64,000 nt of DNA from a virus (Duplodnaviria > Caudoviricetes): IMG/VR virus record IMGVR_UViG_3300028048_000065, positions 64,001 to 128,000 of that record; one strand, 5' to 3'. This document shows, piece after piece, positions 24,201 to 37,277 of this stretch. The stretch's first letter is position 1. Each line of letters opens with the position of its first letter. The notes under the pieces were generated by a model that saw nothing but the letters and a program-made list of their open reading frames with translations, did no database searches and was not told the DNA's origin. Both the position numbers and the translations under genes were made by a program.

Positions 24201-27200
24201 ATTTCTTGTGTCGCATTTGCTTTTAACTTCAAAGAGCCTGTTGAGGTGTCAAGAAGTTCAATATAATTTTCATTTTCAGCTAACATACTGATAACAGTTT
24301 GAGTGCTTAACTTACCATAAGCATCTTGTTCTTTCTAAGCTGCGCTTAAAGTGTCATAACTATCTTTAACAGCATCTACGACAGTTTTTAATTCAGCCCA
24401 TGTTGCAGCAACTCCCTCTACGCCATCAATATCTCCAAAAGCATCTGAAAGCTTAAACTCAGCAACCTTAGATAAATCTTCTTGAATAGAAGCAAGTTGT
24501 TGCCACGCAGTATCATAAACCGCATCCTGAACAGCTTCTTGCATTTCTTTTACCGAGCCCTCAAACTTTTTAAGTTCCTCAGAACTTGCAACTACTGCAT
24601 TTCTGACATTTTCAGGCAAATCAGAAAATTCTTTCCCTATTTCTTCATTAGAGCCTTCTTTTTTACCGCGAATCACGTCACTGTAATAAGATTTAAGTCT
24701 GTCTTGTAAAGAATCATAAGAATTTTGTTTTTGCTGGGCTCGATTAAAATAACCAACTTCAGAATCATAAGTTCTATCAGCATTAATCATGCGGATAATA
24801 TCTACATCTTCTGTTGTCCTGCCTATCCATCCAGAATTTGCCATTTTTGTAACTTTTCCAAAATCTTCGGATGAAAGTTGATTTAACAAGTTATTTACAC
24901 TTGATGAAACAGTTACATCTTCTCCCAAAGCTCCTTTTACAGCTTCTTGTATTTGTTCTTGAAGAGTTAAAACAACGGCTTTACCAGATTGGGCATCATA
25001 CTTTAATCCTAACGATAATAACAGTTCATTTTCTTCGACTGAAATCATACCGTCAGACATGAATGCTTCTATTAATGCATCTTTAAAACTATCTTTCAGT
25101 GCTACGGCTTCTGAAGCTAAAGTTGCATCATCAGTTCCATAGTAAACATCTGCAATTACAGGGTGTTCTTCAAGCAACTTAGTCATAGCATCTGTGACTT
25201 TTAAAACTTGTTCTTTATATCCTTCTTCATTAATTGTCCCCTAAGACAACCTTCTATTAATTGTTGCCTGAGAAGATTGAACCAAAGCGCTAACCATATT
25301 GTTTTCATCAGTCGCAAGAGAACTCATCCTATCAGAAAGACCAGTATATTGAGCATATTCTGCAATATAATCCGCAGAAGAAACAAGTTGTGAATTATAA
25401 TCACTTAATTGCTAATTCAACCGCTTTATTTGTTTCTACTGAGTTTCAAGCTCGTCTTTCCAAGCATTTATATTTTTTCTTTGTTCCTCATAGCCAGCTT
25501 CTTCAGGAGACATCGTGCTTAATGTTTGTTCAGCCCCGAAAATTTGACCTTGTAACTTTATCTCATTTGTTCTTGCTTTCTTGTATTCCTCAATAGTAGA
25601 TTCCAAATCCACTCCAAAAGGAGAAACACTAAAACCAGTAAATATTTTATGCAACGCCGCACTAATTCCATCTGGATTTTTAAAGAGAGCAACATTTGCT
25701 GCTTTCTCGGCGCTATCAGTTAAATCGTTTATAGCTTCTGTTACTTTGCTAACTCGTCCCTCAATGCCTTCTGGACCAACCAATTTGTTTCCAAATTCAT
25801 CCGTTCTAACAACTAATTCAGGAAAAACTTCAGCAATATCATTACTTAATTCAAGAAATTTGTCATACTCCTCAGAAGTTAAAGAAACATTGCGTCCAAG
25901 ATAATCTACTCCATTTGCGAGCTCATCAAATTTAATTGCATTTGCCGAAGCACTTTGAGCCGAATCATAAAGTTCAGTAGCTTTTTTAAATTCCTCTTGA
26001 GCTTTTTCCGTCGCTGCTTTCAAGGAACTTACATAAGCATTATATACAATCGCCGCAAAAAGTACCGCTGCATCAGTTACTAATTGAGGACTTGCCAATG
26101 CACTCCAAAAAGCTTTAGAACTATGTTTAGCTGAATTAGCAAATTCTCGATTAAAAGCTTCTGATGCTGTTAATCCTTCTTTTGCATAATCCCATCCTAA
26201 TGCTTCTGACATAGACATACCACTGTTAAGCTTTCCAATAGTGGATTCATACCAAGCATTTTGGTTAATAGTTGCCGAAGCTTTATAATTAGATATTCCT
26301 TTACCAATAGAATCTGATAACCTTGTACCAAATTTCCCTCCTACTTGTCCTATTAACATAGCGCCAAGCATAGAGCCTACTAATTGTCCGCCTTCACCAA
26401 AATTCTTACCTATATTTCCACCAGTGGTTGTACCTAAAAGCCCACCTACTATTGTACCCGCTCCTGCCACAAGTGATTGACTATAAGACTGAGTAGAAGA
26501 TTTACTCAAGTTTTTACCTAATGCAGTTTTATATTTTTGTTCTTGTTGAGTAAGTTCTTCTGCCGCAAGTCTTTGTCTTGCTCTGGTTTCAACAAGTTTT
26601 GCCTACTCTGCTGTTAAAGTCTGGTCTTGTGTAATCATTCCCTATTCAACAGCAATCTAATGTTGCATCGAAGACAATCTTTGCTCAGAAACATTCATTG
26701 TTAAAGCATTTAAACTTTCTCTACTAAGTGAAGCAACTGTTTCCTCGGTTATTGTTCCCGTTAAAAGCTCTTTGGCAACGGCTGCTTGCTTATCTTGTGA
26801 CTCGTTTAATAATGCTGACTGTGCGCTTAAGAGATAAGACTAAGTTACTTCTTGCGCTCCCTTAGTTGCTTGACTTAAAGCCGCACCATAACGTTTTTGC
26901 TGAGAAATAATAAAGCTCTCTTCTGCATATTCTTTATATTCATCAAGTTGTTTGCCAAGATATTCTCTCCCCTCGGAAGTATTTATACGTCCAATTCCAT
27001 ACGTTAATTGACCCGCAGAAGAAATAATATCCGAAATTTTTCCATACCAATTACTTGCCACGTTAATTAAAGAATTACTATTCATTATTGCTGCGATAGC
27101 TATTATAGCCAATCCAAATTTATCTAAATTGTAAATTACTTCAGCAATAGTGTTATATAATTTCTTTTGAACACCTTGTAGATTAACGTTAAGAGTTAAT

Positions 27201-27772
27201 TTTTCAGCTGCAACTTGAATTCTCTTTTGAGCCGCTTCAATAGAATTAGTATAAGCTTCCATTTTTTCTACTGCTGTGCCATAAGAATTGGAAGCAATTT
27301 CTTGATATTTAAGAACAGAATCCCAGTTTGAAAGCATGGCAACCAAATTTTCTCTTTGTCTTGTTCCTGCAAGAGAAGCTGCAATACCAGCCTGTTGTAC
27401 TGTAGAATAAGTGTCCCATTTAGAGGCTATTTCATCCAAAACATCATCAAAACTTCTAAATGAACTAACGGTATCACGAAGTTGAATACCCACTGCTCCA
27501 AGAGAAGTTTCAACGTCGTTTAACCGCGCCCAATCTTCCGCATTATAGTTTTCAGACTCAATATCTTCCTGAGCCGCTACAAATTTTCCTGCGGCCACAT
27601 TTTGATACCTTGCATAAAGACTTTTCATAGATTCGCCAATACTGGCCTCGCTCTTTTGTGTTACGTCAATCATTGTAGTAACATAACCAATAAATCTATT
27701 CATCTCCGTTCCTGCAAGCTACGCCGAATTGTTTGCACGGCTCATTGCTTCTGCAATGCCACCCGCGCTTGC
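21224..27772 (-). CDS. Tape measure protein, exon 3
   Basis: Seven ORF-track fragments share one frame and are separated by TAG. Contains the TP901-type core (ASAGGIAEAMSR...AGTRQRE), coiled coils and a C-terminal LHGTPSKHEYVLN. Confidence 0.85.
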
Positions 27773-28042
27773 CTGTTGTGTTACCTTATATTTTCATATA
27801 AGCACTGACTATATCTTCACCCATTGCTGGGGTACACTACTTCGATTTGTTATCTACGTTTAGTCGATGAGGACGCTTCTCATTAAAAGCTTTCCTGCTG
27901 ATTGACCAATCTTTATAATTTTTAAACCGTCACATTCAGACTTATTTCATTCTCCTGTTGTGGTTTATAAAGCTCTAAGGTGTTTTCAGCATTTCAATGT
28001 ATTTTCCTTATATGTTACCATATTTGCGACCTATTTATTTTA
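27773..28042 (-). mobile_element. ORF-less group I intron 2 in the tape measure gene (270 nt)
   Basis: Exon ends GCT; P1 is GCGGCUUA/UAGGUCGC with U.G; TCGACTA and AAGATATAGTC present; ends in G. Confidence 0.85.
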
Positions 28043-28062
28043 AGCCGCCGCCATGTCTACTG
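28043..28062 (-). CDS. Tape measure protein, 20-nt micro-exon 2
   Basis: CA GTA GAC ATG GCG GCG GCT restores VVDKLT-AVDMAAA-ASAGG and the reading frame. Confidence 0.8.
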
Positions 28063-28454
28063 CGTTATGTTTACATTTAGTCGGCTATTCTAAATGCGAT
28101 TTAAATATAAAATTAAATCCACTTCCTTTCGGAACGTGACCAGACTATTTCTTCACCCTTTAATTAAAGGGGCAAACTATTTCGGATAACTTTTAAGCCT
28201 TGTTACCCTACCTTTCTCTCAAAAGATAGTCGTTGAAAGCAACAAATCATTATGCATAACAATTTGTCCACTTGCATGAACATCCATTATTACGAATACT
28301 TAGGATTTAACCTTATATTCATCCTTACGTTTTTTCTACTTTCGTCCCATCACGCTTATCATTACTGATTACGTTGTGGTGTAAGGCTTTAGGATTTACC
28401 TGCTTTTAAGTTTGTGTCCTATGCCGATTACTCGACATACGCTGCATATTGTTA
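28063..28454 (-). mobile_element. ORF-less group I intron 1 in the tape measure gene (~392 nt)
   Basis: AACGACTATC (~28226-28235) and AATAGTC (~28143-28149); ends in G. The 5' splice site appears non-canonical, so the boundary is uncertain by about 1 nt. Confidence 0.8.
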
Positions 28455-31400
28455 CAGTTAATTTATCGACAACTCCCATGACTTCACTGGCTTCGATTTT
28501 CCAGCCCTTCAACACGCTAATCAAATAGCTCGTTGCATCAGCACTTTCAATCATACCAAGCGTACTTAAATACATAGAAGCTTTAGTTAAATCACTTGCT
28601 TCCTTACCTTGATAACCTGCACGAAGCCAATCATTTGCCGCAACAGCGACTTCTTGTGTACTCTTTCCAACTTCTTTAGCAAGATTGTTAAATTCATACA
28701 TCATGTTTTTAACATCACTATAACCCATTCCAGCCGCTATTTGTAAATCTACCATAGCCGCATCAAGGTCTTTTGTATATTGCCAAACTTGTTGTAAAGA
28801 ATTTTTAATATAACCAATTGCTACATAAGCTAAACTATAGTCTGTTAAATTTCTAAGAGAAGCTTTGAAACCATTTGCAATTTGTTGAATTAATCCAACA
28901 CTTTCTTTTTGTCTTAAATTAATTTTTGCAAGTTTTTCTTCTTGGGATGCTTGAGAATTTTCTATCTATTTGTTAAATTGAAGTCTTTCTTGTTCGCTTA
29001 ATTGGGTTCCATCACTAAATTTACCAGTATTACTATCATAGCTAACAGTTTGATTCTTGATAGCTTGCAATCTGGATTGATACATCTCAACTAATTTTTG
29101 TTGCTCTTTGCTACGGGGTCCAACTTGGTCATCCATAGAATTTTGGAGAGTGAGCATATCTCTCTCAATTTTTTGTTGTTCCTTAAGAGATTTTAAATAA
29201 TTTTTCTTTAACGCATCAGCTTGCTTAAGTTGAGCAACTTCCTATTGTTGCTTTGCTTGAGCTGTATCGTAAGCTGTCTGAAGTCCACTTAAGAAATTTT
29301 GAATTAGTTGCGCTGCTTGCTGATTAAAAGGAGTAGGAAGTTCAAGATTGTGTAATTTATCTTGTATCCCAGTTCTATCCGCAGCGTCCACCTAAGCCTG
29401 ATAAGTCTCTTCTAAACTATCCTTTTGAGAATTTAAAACTTGTAGCTCTCTTTCTAAAGTTGCTAAACGGACTTGATTTTCTTCATTATCGCTTCCGATA
29501 AGATTGCTACGCTCTTCCTCTAAAGTTTTAATTTTAAGAGTTACCTCGGCAAATTTCCCGTAAGTTTTTAAGGCTGAACGAAGATTAGATTCAAAATCTT
29601 TCATTTGTCCAATAAGATTATATTGACCTTCATGAACAGCAGTATTATTTTCTTGCTCATTGAACAAGTTGTCTAAATTACGAGGGGCTCTTAGTGCTGG
29701 GTCTACAGAATCATTTCTAAATCTTCTACCATTATAAGGTAAGTTAGACTAATCTCTGGGAGCCTCAACATTAGGAGAACGATTTCCACCTTCTTCAAGT
29801 TCATCTATTCTTTGTTCGTATTCCTTTACTTGTTCTTGAAGAACCTGAATATCTCTACGCAATTCAGAATTGTCATTTCCAGTTGCAACAGAAACAGTTT
29901 CTCCGCCAAAAGTAAAAGGCAATTCACTTTCTTTTGCGGCTTCTCCTTCTACCTTTAAGGCATCAGACAATTTTCCCGCGACTTCTAATTTATCTTTTTC
30001 AGCTTGAACAGCTTTTTGCACAGCTTCAGCATGAGAGTTAAAAGCTTCAGTAGAATCTTTTATAGAAGCAGTTTCGATAGACAATCCATTCGCACCTGAA
30101 ACTGTAGTAGGAGCAGTATTTTTTGGTTCATCTGGAACGTAATATTTTCCACTATCTACCAAAGATTGATAACGATTCATTAACCCAGTTAAAGGGTCTT
30201 CTTTTTTTACTTCAGTTGTAACACGACCATCAGATAGCCCTTTAAAATTACCTTCTTGATTCATTCGGGCGGTAATAGCTTCCTAATATTTTTTCTCAGC
30301 TAAAGCCATTTTTTCTTCCATACTTAAAGCTTTAACTGTTCCCTTGCTCTGTCTTTCTTCTAACGCTCCCTTTAAAGTTAATATATCTGCACAAACAGCT
30401 TTATAATAAGCTCTTTTAACTTCTAACTCGTCTTCGCTTGCCGTTAAAAGGTCTTGTTCTATTTGTTCTCTTTCTTTTTGAGCATTAGTTAATTGGTCTT
30501 CAATTGTGCTTCCACCATAAATTGTTCCTGTATATCCCGCATGATAAAGAAGCTGCGTTTTTGCGACATTACTCAATTCTACATCTTCTAATGGAGTATT
30601 ATGAGTTCCTTCTCCTTTTATGCCATTTTTTTGATAATAAGAAACACTATATTTATTTGGATTCTCATCAGCATCCGTAGATAAACGTCCCAATAAATTC
30701 TGCTTAAAAATGTCTTGTTCAGAACGTTGAACAGGAATATCTATTTCTTCTCCTGTATATTCATCTATGCCTTTACCAATAGTGGTAATTTTAGTTGTTA
30801 AAGATTCGTATAAGTTTTTTAACTTTTGAACAGGAGTATAGCCAGTTTCAAAGAATTTTTCAAGAGCTTTATCAATATCTCCATCTTCCATTTCCTTATC
30901 AAACTTGCTACGGCCTTCTTTAAGCAAATCATATTTTTTCCCTAAACGGGGATTATTTGCTTTCCATTGTTCAATTAATTTATCGGCAGAAACGACTTCT
31001 TTTCCAGTTTGTTCATTAATTGAACTGGCTTTCTTTTGAGCAGAAAGTTCAACCATTTCAGGATAATAAAGAAGATTTGCTAATTGATTATACGCTGTGC
31101 TGGAATTGGTGCGTTTATTTCCTAAATTAGCAAATGCGTATCCATTACCACCAGCTTTGTCTATCATAGCCGCCACTTTTTCCGCTGCCGCAACAACTTT
31201 TGAAGAAGTATCATCATTGCCTTTTCCTTCATTTTTGGTTATTGTACGGTCTAAAGCTTGAATTGCTGACTCGGAAAAAGTAGCCTCAACTTCTCCATCA
31301 TCTTTTGATTTCCCATATTCAAAATCTGCGCCATAAGCTTTTGAATAAAAAGCTTCTTTATTAGTTGTCCAAGAAGAATATCCAAAATCATTATCTGTCC

Positions 31401-33606
31401 CATATAAGTTACCCATAACAAATTGGCGATTTTTCTTGTAGCCAAATTTATTAGCCGCATTTGACAATCCCTCTTCAGGAGAAGACGCAGTAGAATAAAA
31501 CTTTTGCATTAAAGATTTGGCGTTTTCAAACATCTTTAAAAGATTCTGTGCATCTTCTGGTTTAAGGTCAGAAGTTGAATTAACAACGTCAATATAACCA
31601 TCCATTAAAGAATCAAAAGCGGCTTTAATTCCTTGTGGATTAGCTTCTCCTGCTTCGACTTTTTCTTGAAAATTTTTAATCCATATAACAATAGCATCAT
31701 AAATTAATTTTACTTCATTCAAATTAGATTTTATTTCTGCTACCTATTGCTCATCTACTTCGTCTAACTATTGTTGAAAATCCGCAGTTTCATCACTTAA
31801 ATTATTAACTTTTGACGTTCCCATGTCACCATTGCTATATTTTTTTGGAGCGTCAAGACTATTCGCAGAAGCTTGATTCTACAAAGCAAGATTTTCTTCG
31901 CTTACCCCAGTATAAACATCTCTGCCAGTTATTCCTAAATTTTGAGCAAGTTCAGGATTCAACCGTTCAACAATATCTTGCGCTGTAATGGCGGCTCCTT
32001 TATATCCTTCTTCATAAGCTTGTTGCAAAGCATATCCTAAAATTTCTTCTACTGCTTCAGCAGTACGCCCCTCATTATCTTTTTCGCTCCAATTGCGAAC
32101 CATATCCAAAACTTCTTTTTGAATTGGCATAGAAGCTAATTTTTCTTCAATTAATTTATTTAACTTTGTGCTTTCTTGAGACCTTTTTTGTTGGTCACTA
32201 TATTGAGATTGATGTTCTCCCGCAGATTGATTATCTGTTTCTCCTAATTGGTCTCCATTATCCCACCGCACTCGAATATCACTTAAAGTTTGAGCGACTG
32301 CCCCTTTTCGACTTAAAAGCATATCACGCAAAGTAGATAAGCCTCTTGTCTAATCAAACTAATTAGCTCCGCTTAATCCTGCTTCAATATTTGCTTGCTC
32401 TCTATCAAAAAGTCCGCCAGCATCAACTTTTTTAATATAATTGCCATTTTCATCCATGAAAGCATTTTCCGCAACTGCAATTTTACCTGTGAGCAACTTA
32501 CGCAAATTAGGCTCAAGAGTATTATTAAATGCTTGTTCAATAGTTGTTAAAATATCATTAATAGCTTCTTGTGCCGCTTTATAAAAAAGAGAAGTTTCAG
32601 GAACAGAAGCAAGTTTTTCAACAAAATTATTCAATTGGAAAAGAGATTGATTGTTAAAATTCGTAATAGGCTTCCGATTATAATCGACAATTCCAACTTC
32701 TTTAGCTAAAGCGGAAGAAACTTGCATTCCGCTTTCACTTCTAATTGCCGCAGTTAAATTTGGACGAGCCGCACCAGTTTCATCTCTATAACTCCGAGGA
32801 ATTACAGTTTGCACTCCATTTTTATCAGTCGTTACAAAACTACCAAATGCACGAGATGTAATTATAGGCTAAGTAGAATCTTTTGCTGTACCTTCTCTAT
32901 ATAAATAAGCTTTACGTTTAATCCGTGGAACAAAAGTTTTTGTTTCTCCTCTTAAGGCTTCTATATCCTAAGATTTTGCTTGTCTCCACTCTCTTAATAT
33001 GGACTTATCTGTAATATCTTTAGAAGAACGTAAAATCTAAGCATTAGCTTCAACCCTTTTCTTTCGTTCACTTTCATGCATAGGACGTTGTAAAGATTTT
33101 AATTCTTCTTCTGCTTGCTTTTGTTTTAACTCTGCTACTGCTTTTTGAGCTTTATCTCCAGCAAGTTGAGCTTCCATTGCTCTTTTTGCTTGAGCGTCAC
33201 GCTCTGCCATTAATTCTTTGTTCTTTTTGTGATATGCCTCTAAATCTCTCTGATATTCTTTATCATAATATTCTTCTACATAATCCTTTGAAGAAGGTCG
33301 AGATGCAACTTTAGTAGTTGCTGGCGTAATTGTCGTAGGAACTTTTTTCTTGGCTTCTTCTACCGCTTTATTTAAAGTCCCCATATTTCTTTGCAGATTT
33401 ACAATCTCACTTAAAATGGACCTATATTCTTTTAATTGGTCTATTGTTTTATTATCTATCTTTACTAAAACAGCTTCTCTTTCCTGTAGTTGCTGTATAG
33501 TTGTTTTAGCTTTTTCTAATTCCGCCTCCGCTTTTTTTATAGCATCGGTTTTCATTTGAATATCAACATCAGCCGTTACTTTAACAGTCTTTTTTTCATC
33601 TGCCAT
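28455..33606 (-). CDS. Tape measure protein, exon 1
   Basis: Eight ORF-track fragments share one frame and are separated by TAG; ends in the TP901-type core (DWLRAGY...VVDKLT). Confidence 0.82.
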
Positions 33607-33624
33607 TATATATTAAACCTCCAA

Positions 33625-34323
33625 TCATAATTTCAACCGATACTTTTTCTATATCTTCGGCTTGATTTGAGTAGTAAATTCAGTATTAAATCGTGTCAAC
33701 GCTTTATAACGTGCCATTTTATAAACTTCTGCAACACTTACTGCACCCGTTATCCTTTTCATTGTATTAACAGGAACAAATTGTAATGAGCTTGCTGGAA
33801 TTTTTTCTTGTTTTTTTAAATCATCTAATGCATCTTGTACCAAACTATATTCCTAATCATCCTCATCTTTTTCACTATCTTCCCAATATTTTGGGTCATC
33901 TTGCCAAAAGTTTTCTATGTATCCCGTCACATATTCTTCGGGGTCTCTATATCCCTAAAAATTTGCTTGACTTTTAGAATTCAAATTATTATTATCTATT
34001 CCATCTATTTTATCCAATATTCCCTAAGTAAACAAGAATTTTCTTTCATCATAGGAAAAATCAGGACGGAAATTATTCCTTTGATAATACTAAATGGATG
34101 AAATTAGCGCATTTACATCATAATTATTTCCATAATACTAATCAAACACTTCAATAAAAGTTGAATTAACAATTGCCACAAATTGCCCTAAAATATCTGA
34201 TTTAATCTAAGATAAATTAATTACAGATTTTTGCTTTGCTTCTACCTCAACTGCTTTAAATTCTTTTTCTATTTTTGCTTTTATAATTGTTTCCAGTTGA
34301 GTCATGTCAATAAAAGTCTCCAT
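33625..34323 (-). CDS. Hypothetical protein (232 aa, seven TAG)
   Basis: ATG after AAAGGA; open only under TAG readthrough; ends TGA. Confidence 0.65.
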
Positions 34324-34453
34324 TTCGTTCTGTCCTTTCCTATAATGAAAATGAAAATGAGACTAACTTAAAATTAGTCTCATCTTCATTAGAGGATATA
34401 CCCTCTTTCTATTAAGAGGTATTATAACACCGTAAATACGGGTTTAGCCTATT

Positions 34454-35266
34454 TTATTTTTTATTTGTTTTAACTTTTTTCTTTTCTTTTGGGACTTTCA
34501 ATTCACTTTTACCTTTTGAAGCAGAATAAATTTCATCTGCCAATTCTTTTTGTACTGTATCCAAAGTTTTCTTAATTTCAGGATTTGTAGTATTTATAAT
34601 ATCAGCTAAATTCTGAATTGTCTTTTTATCCTTCTTAAGCCCCTCAAGAAGAATTTCGATTTCTTTAGAGTTTTTAGCTAACTTTTGATAATCAATATTA
34701 GACATAAGTTCACTAAGCTCTTTAAGATGATTAAGATTCAAACTATCTTCAAACATTTTTTTGAACTCGGTATAATCATAAGTACAATACTGAAGAAGAA
34801 AAGGACTAAATATGGGATAAAGCAAATCATATGCAGCATAAGTTTTTAATTCTTCATTAGAAACATCTACCATTGCATACAAACCCAGTAACACATCAAA
34901 AAACAATGTTTTATAAATATTTGCAATACGAACCTCATGTGTTTCAAGCGGGTCGTTGTCTAATTTATAAATTAATGTCATTAAAGAACGGACTTTTTCA
35001 ATCATAGGGATATAAGAACGAATTGTCATCTTATTCCCAAAAGCATCCAATTCTTCCATTGTAATTTTGCCGCGAACAAAATTACCTGCAATATTAATTA
35101 GTTCTTCTAATTTTAATTGTTCAGACTTTTTATCTTCTTTTTTGTCTTCAGCCAATTCAATTTTAGTTGTATCTGAAATATCAGAGGTTTTACTCAAAGG
35201 AAGTTTTTCTGTGACAGCCTCTTCTTGCACAGAAACTTCATTTCCCAAAGTTTTTTTATCTTCCAT
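34454..35266 (-). CDS. Hypothetical protein (possible tail assembly chaperone)
   Basis: 270 aa ORF with a strong RBS, upstream of the tape measure gene. Confidence 0.55.
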   Translation of the reverse strand: MEDKKTLGNEVSVQEEAVTEKLPLSKTSDISDTTKIELAEDKKEDKKSEQLKLEELINIAGNFVRGKITMEELDAFGNKMTIRSYIPMIEKVRSLMTLIYKLDNDPLETHEVRIANIYKTLFFDVLLGLYAMVDVSNEELKTYAAYDLLYPIFSPFLLQYCTYDYTEFKKMFEDSLNLNHLKELSELMSNIDYQKLAKNSKEIEILLEGLKKDKKTIQNLADIINTTNPEIKKTLDTVQKELADEIYSASKGKSELKVPKEKKKVKTNKK

Positions 35267-35318
35267 TTATATTTCTCCTTTTAAACCTTTTATTTGTGTA
35301 TTTATCCAATTTTATGCA

Positions 35319-36311
35319 TCACAAAGTAATTCCAAACAAATCTTCAATATCTTTATCTTCGTTATTCTGGGCATAGGATAACGTGGTTTGAGAACTTGAG
35401 TGGTGAACTAATGTTTTAATTTTCTCCAATGGAACAGCCCGAAGATTCATTTCTTTGCATAAATAATGACTACCATCAAGCATATTGTTCACATAGCAAT
35501 GTCTCCATGAGTGTGGACTGAGCCGAGTATAATCTTTTCCCGTAAGCTCTGTAAGCTCTTCTCCCCACTTCTTTATCCATTCATAAATATTTCCCGCTGT
35601 AGCTGGTCTATTTTCACTATTTACAAATAACATCTCATTGTTATCCGTTCTTGTTGCGTCATACTTTTTAAACGCTTCTTTAGTGCGAGAAAAATAAAGG
35701 ACTTTAAATTTTTTACCGCGCTTTCCTACTACTACAGTATCAGTAGAGTTTTTATCATCTGCAATATCAGTTCTCTTTACTTGTAGAATCTCATTGCGCC
35801 TTACACCAGAATCATATAAAATAGCTAATAAAGTTGCTTCTTTATATCTCTCTTCATTCATTAATTTATCATAAAGCATTTTAATTTCATCATCTGGAAT
35901 AAAAGTAATTTCTCTAACACTATCTTTAGGAACACCTTTTATTTTTTCACTGGCGTTACGCTCATAATCTTCATATAAGTCTTCATCTTCAGTTGCCATA
36001 TCCAACATCATATGAACAGCACTCAAAATTCTATTACAACGTGCCGCACTCATATTCCACTCATCTTGACAATAAATCATAAATTTACGATAATCTCTTT
36101 TTGTTAATTTTAAAAAAGACTCGTTATTACAATTTTCTAAAATCCAAATTGCAACACGTCGTAAATCCGCAAAATACTATTTCTAAGTCCCCTCAGACCT
36201 ACGTTTAGCTTTACATTCTGTAATAAAATCATCTATTAAATCTTTATTTTCTTGATTAACGTTATCCCATTTTTCAGGAGAGAAGGTTTTATTATATACC
36301 TACTTACCCAT
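35319..36311 (-). CDS. Tyrosine recombinase (XerC/D-like)
   Basis: SGVRRNE, GKRGK, HSWRH, VHH and TTLSY catalytic set. True ATG at 36311 with TAG at codons 4, 43 and 45. Confidence 0.88.
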
Positions 36312-36316
36312 TTCTA

Positions 36317-36868
36317 TCACAAGTCTCCCTTCTGCTTTATAATCTCCTCAAAACCGTTTTTGGTTGCGTATGTAAATTGCGTCCTTTTTCGGCTGCTTTC
36401 TATTTCAATTCCGCCATATTCAATTACTTCTTTCATGTTGATGCTTCTCTTATCACTTTCAACCATGAATCTGCTAAAATCATCAATACTTAAAAAGAAA
36501 GTTCGTTCTTCTAAATCATGCTTTTCGTCCATCTCTTGACGAAAATTAAGCACAAACCGCGAAATAATTCCATCATACAAACCCATATTTACCAAACTAT
36601 TAATCTGGTGATAATGAATCATACCATCTGGTAACTTAGGGTCTCTCTAAAACGAAAAGTTCTTACCTTTCGTATTCTTCAACTCAAGCGTGAAAAGATA
36701 ACCATTGTAATATACAATTAAATCCGCAGGTTGTTTAATTGTAAATCTCGACCTCAAATCCTTGTTTGGATTAAAACTGAGGTCACTATCAGTCAATCTC
36801 AAACAAAATATTCCATCATTTTCACACGCCTATTTAAAATTATGCTCAAATTTCTTGCCTTGATTCAT
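36317..36868 (-). CDS. recU: RecU-like Holliday junction resolvase
   Basis: MNQGKKFE...PADL...LELKNT...HQI...FVLNFR; two TAG. Confidence 0.78.
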
Positions 36869-37008
36869 AATATATTTTCTCCTGTATCTCCTTTTAAACC
36901 TTTTATACCCTTTTATCCCCCAATCTACTGAGGTTAAAAAAAGGAAGCGCAAGCAGTAAGGACAACCTTACCACTTTACACTTCCTTTCTTGTCAATTCA
37001 ATTAAATG

Positions 37009-37230
37009 TTAATTAAACTCATCGTAATAATCATCATACCTGTCTTTTTTCTTAAAAGCCTTCTTTTGCTCCCATTTGTTCTTAGCTTTACTTTTCTTAA
37101 TCTCTTGCTCAGAAAAGAACTCTTCTTCAAAAGACTTTTCTTCCTTTACGGGTTTGGAAAACTTCTTTTTTCTAACAATTTCAGGCTCATCAAACTAAGA
37201 AAAGTTACAGTTTTTATTCTTTTTACCCAT
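37009..37230 (-). CDS. Small Lys/Glu-rich hypothetical protein (73 aa)
   Basis: MGKKNKNCNFS(TAG)FDEPE...YDDYYDEFN; ends TAA. Confidence 0.6.
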
Positions 37231-37277
37231 TTTTCAAACTACCTAATAAAATTCTCTTTTTATTTTCTTATTTTATA

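Noticed and set aside
21224-33606. Fragmented ORFs read as pseudogenes or a decayed prophage
   Set aside because: The breaks I examined are in-frame TAG or bounded introns; no frameshifts or internal TAA/TGA were seen.
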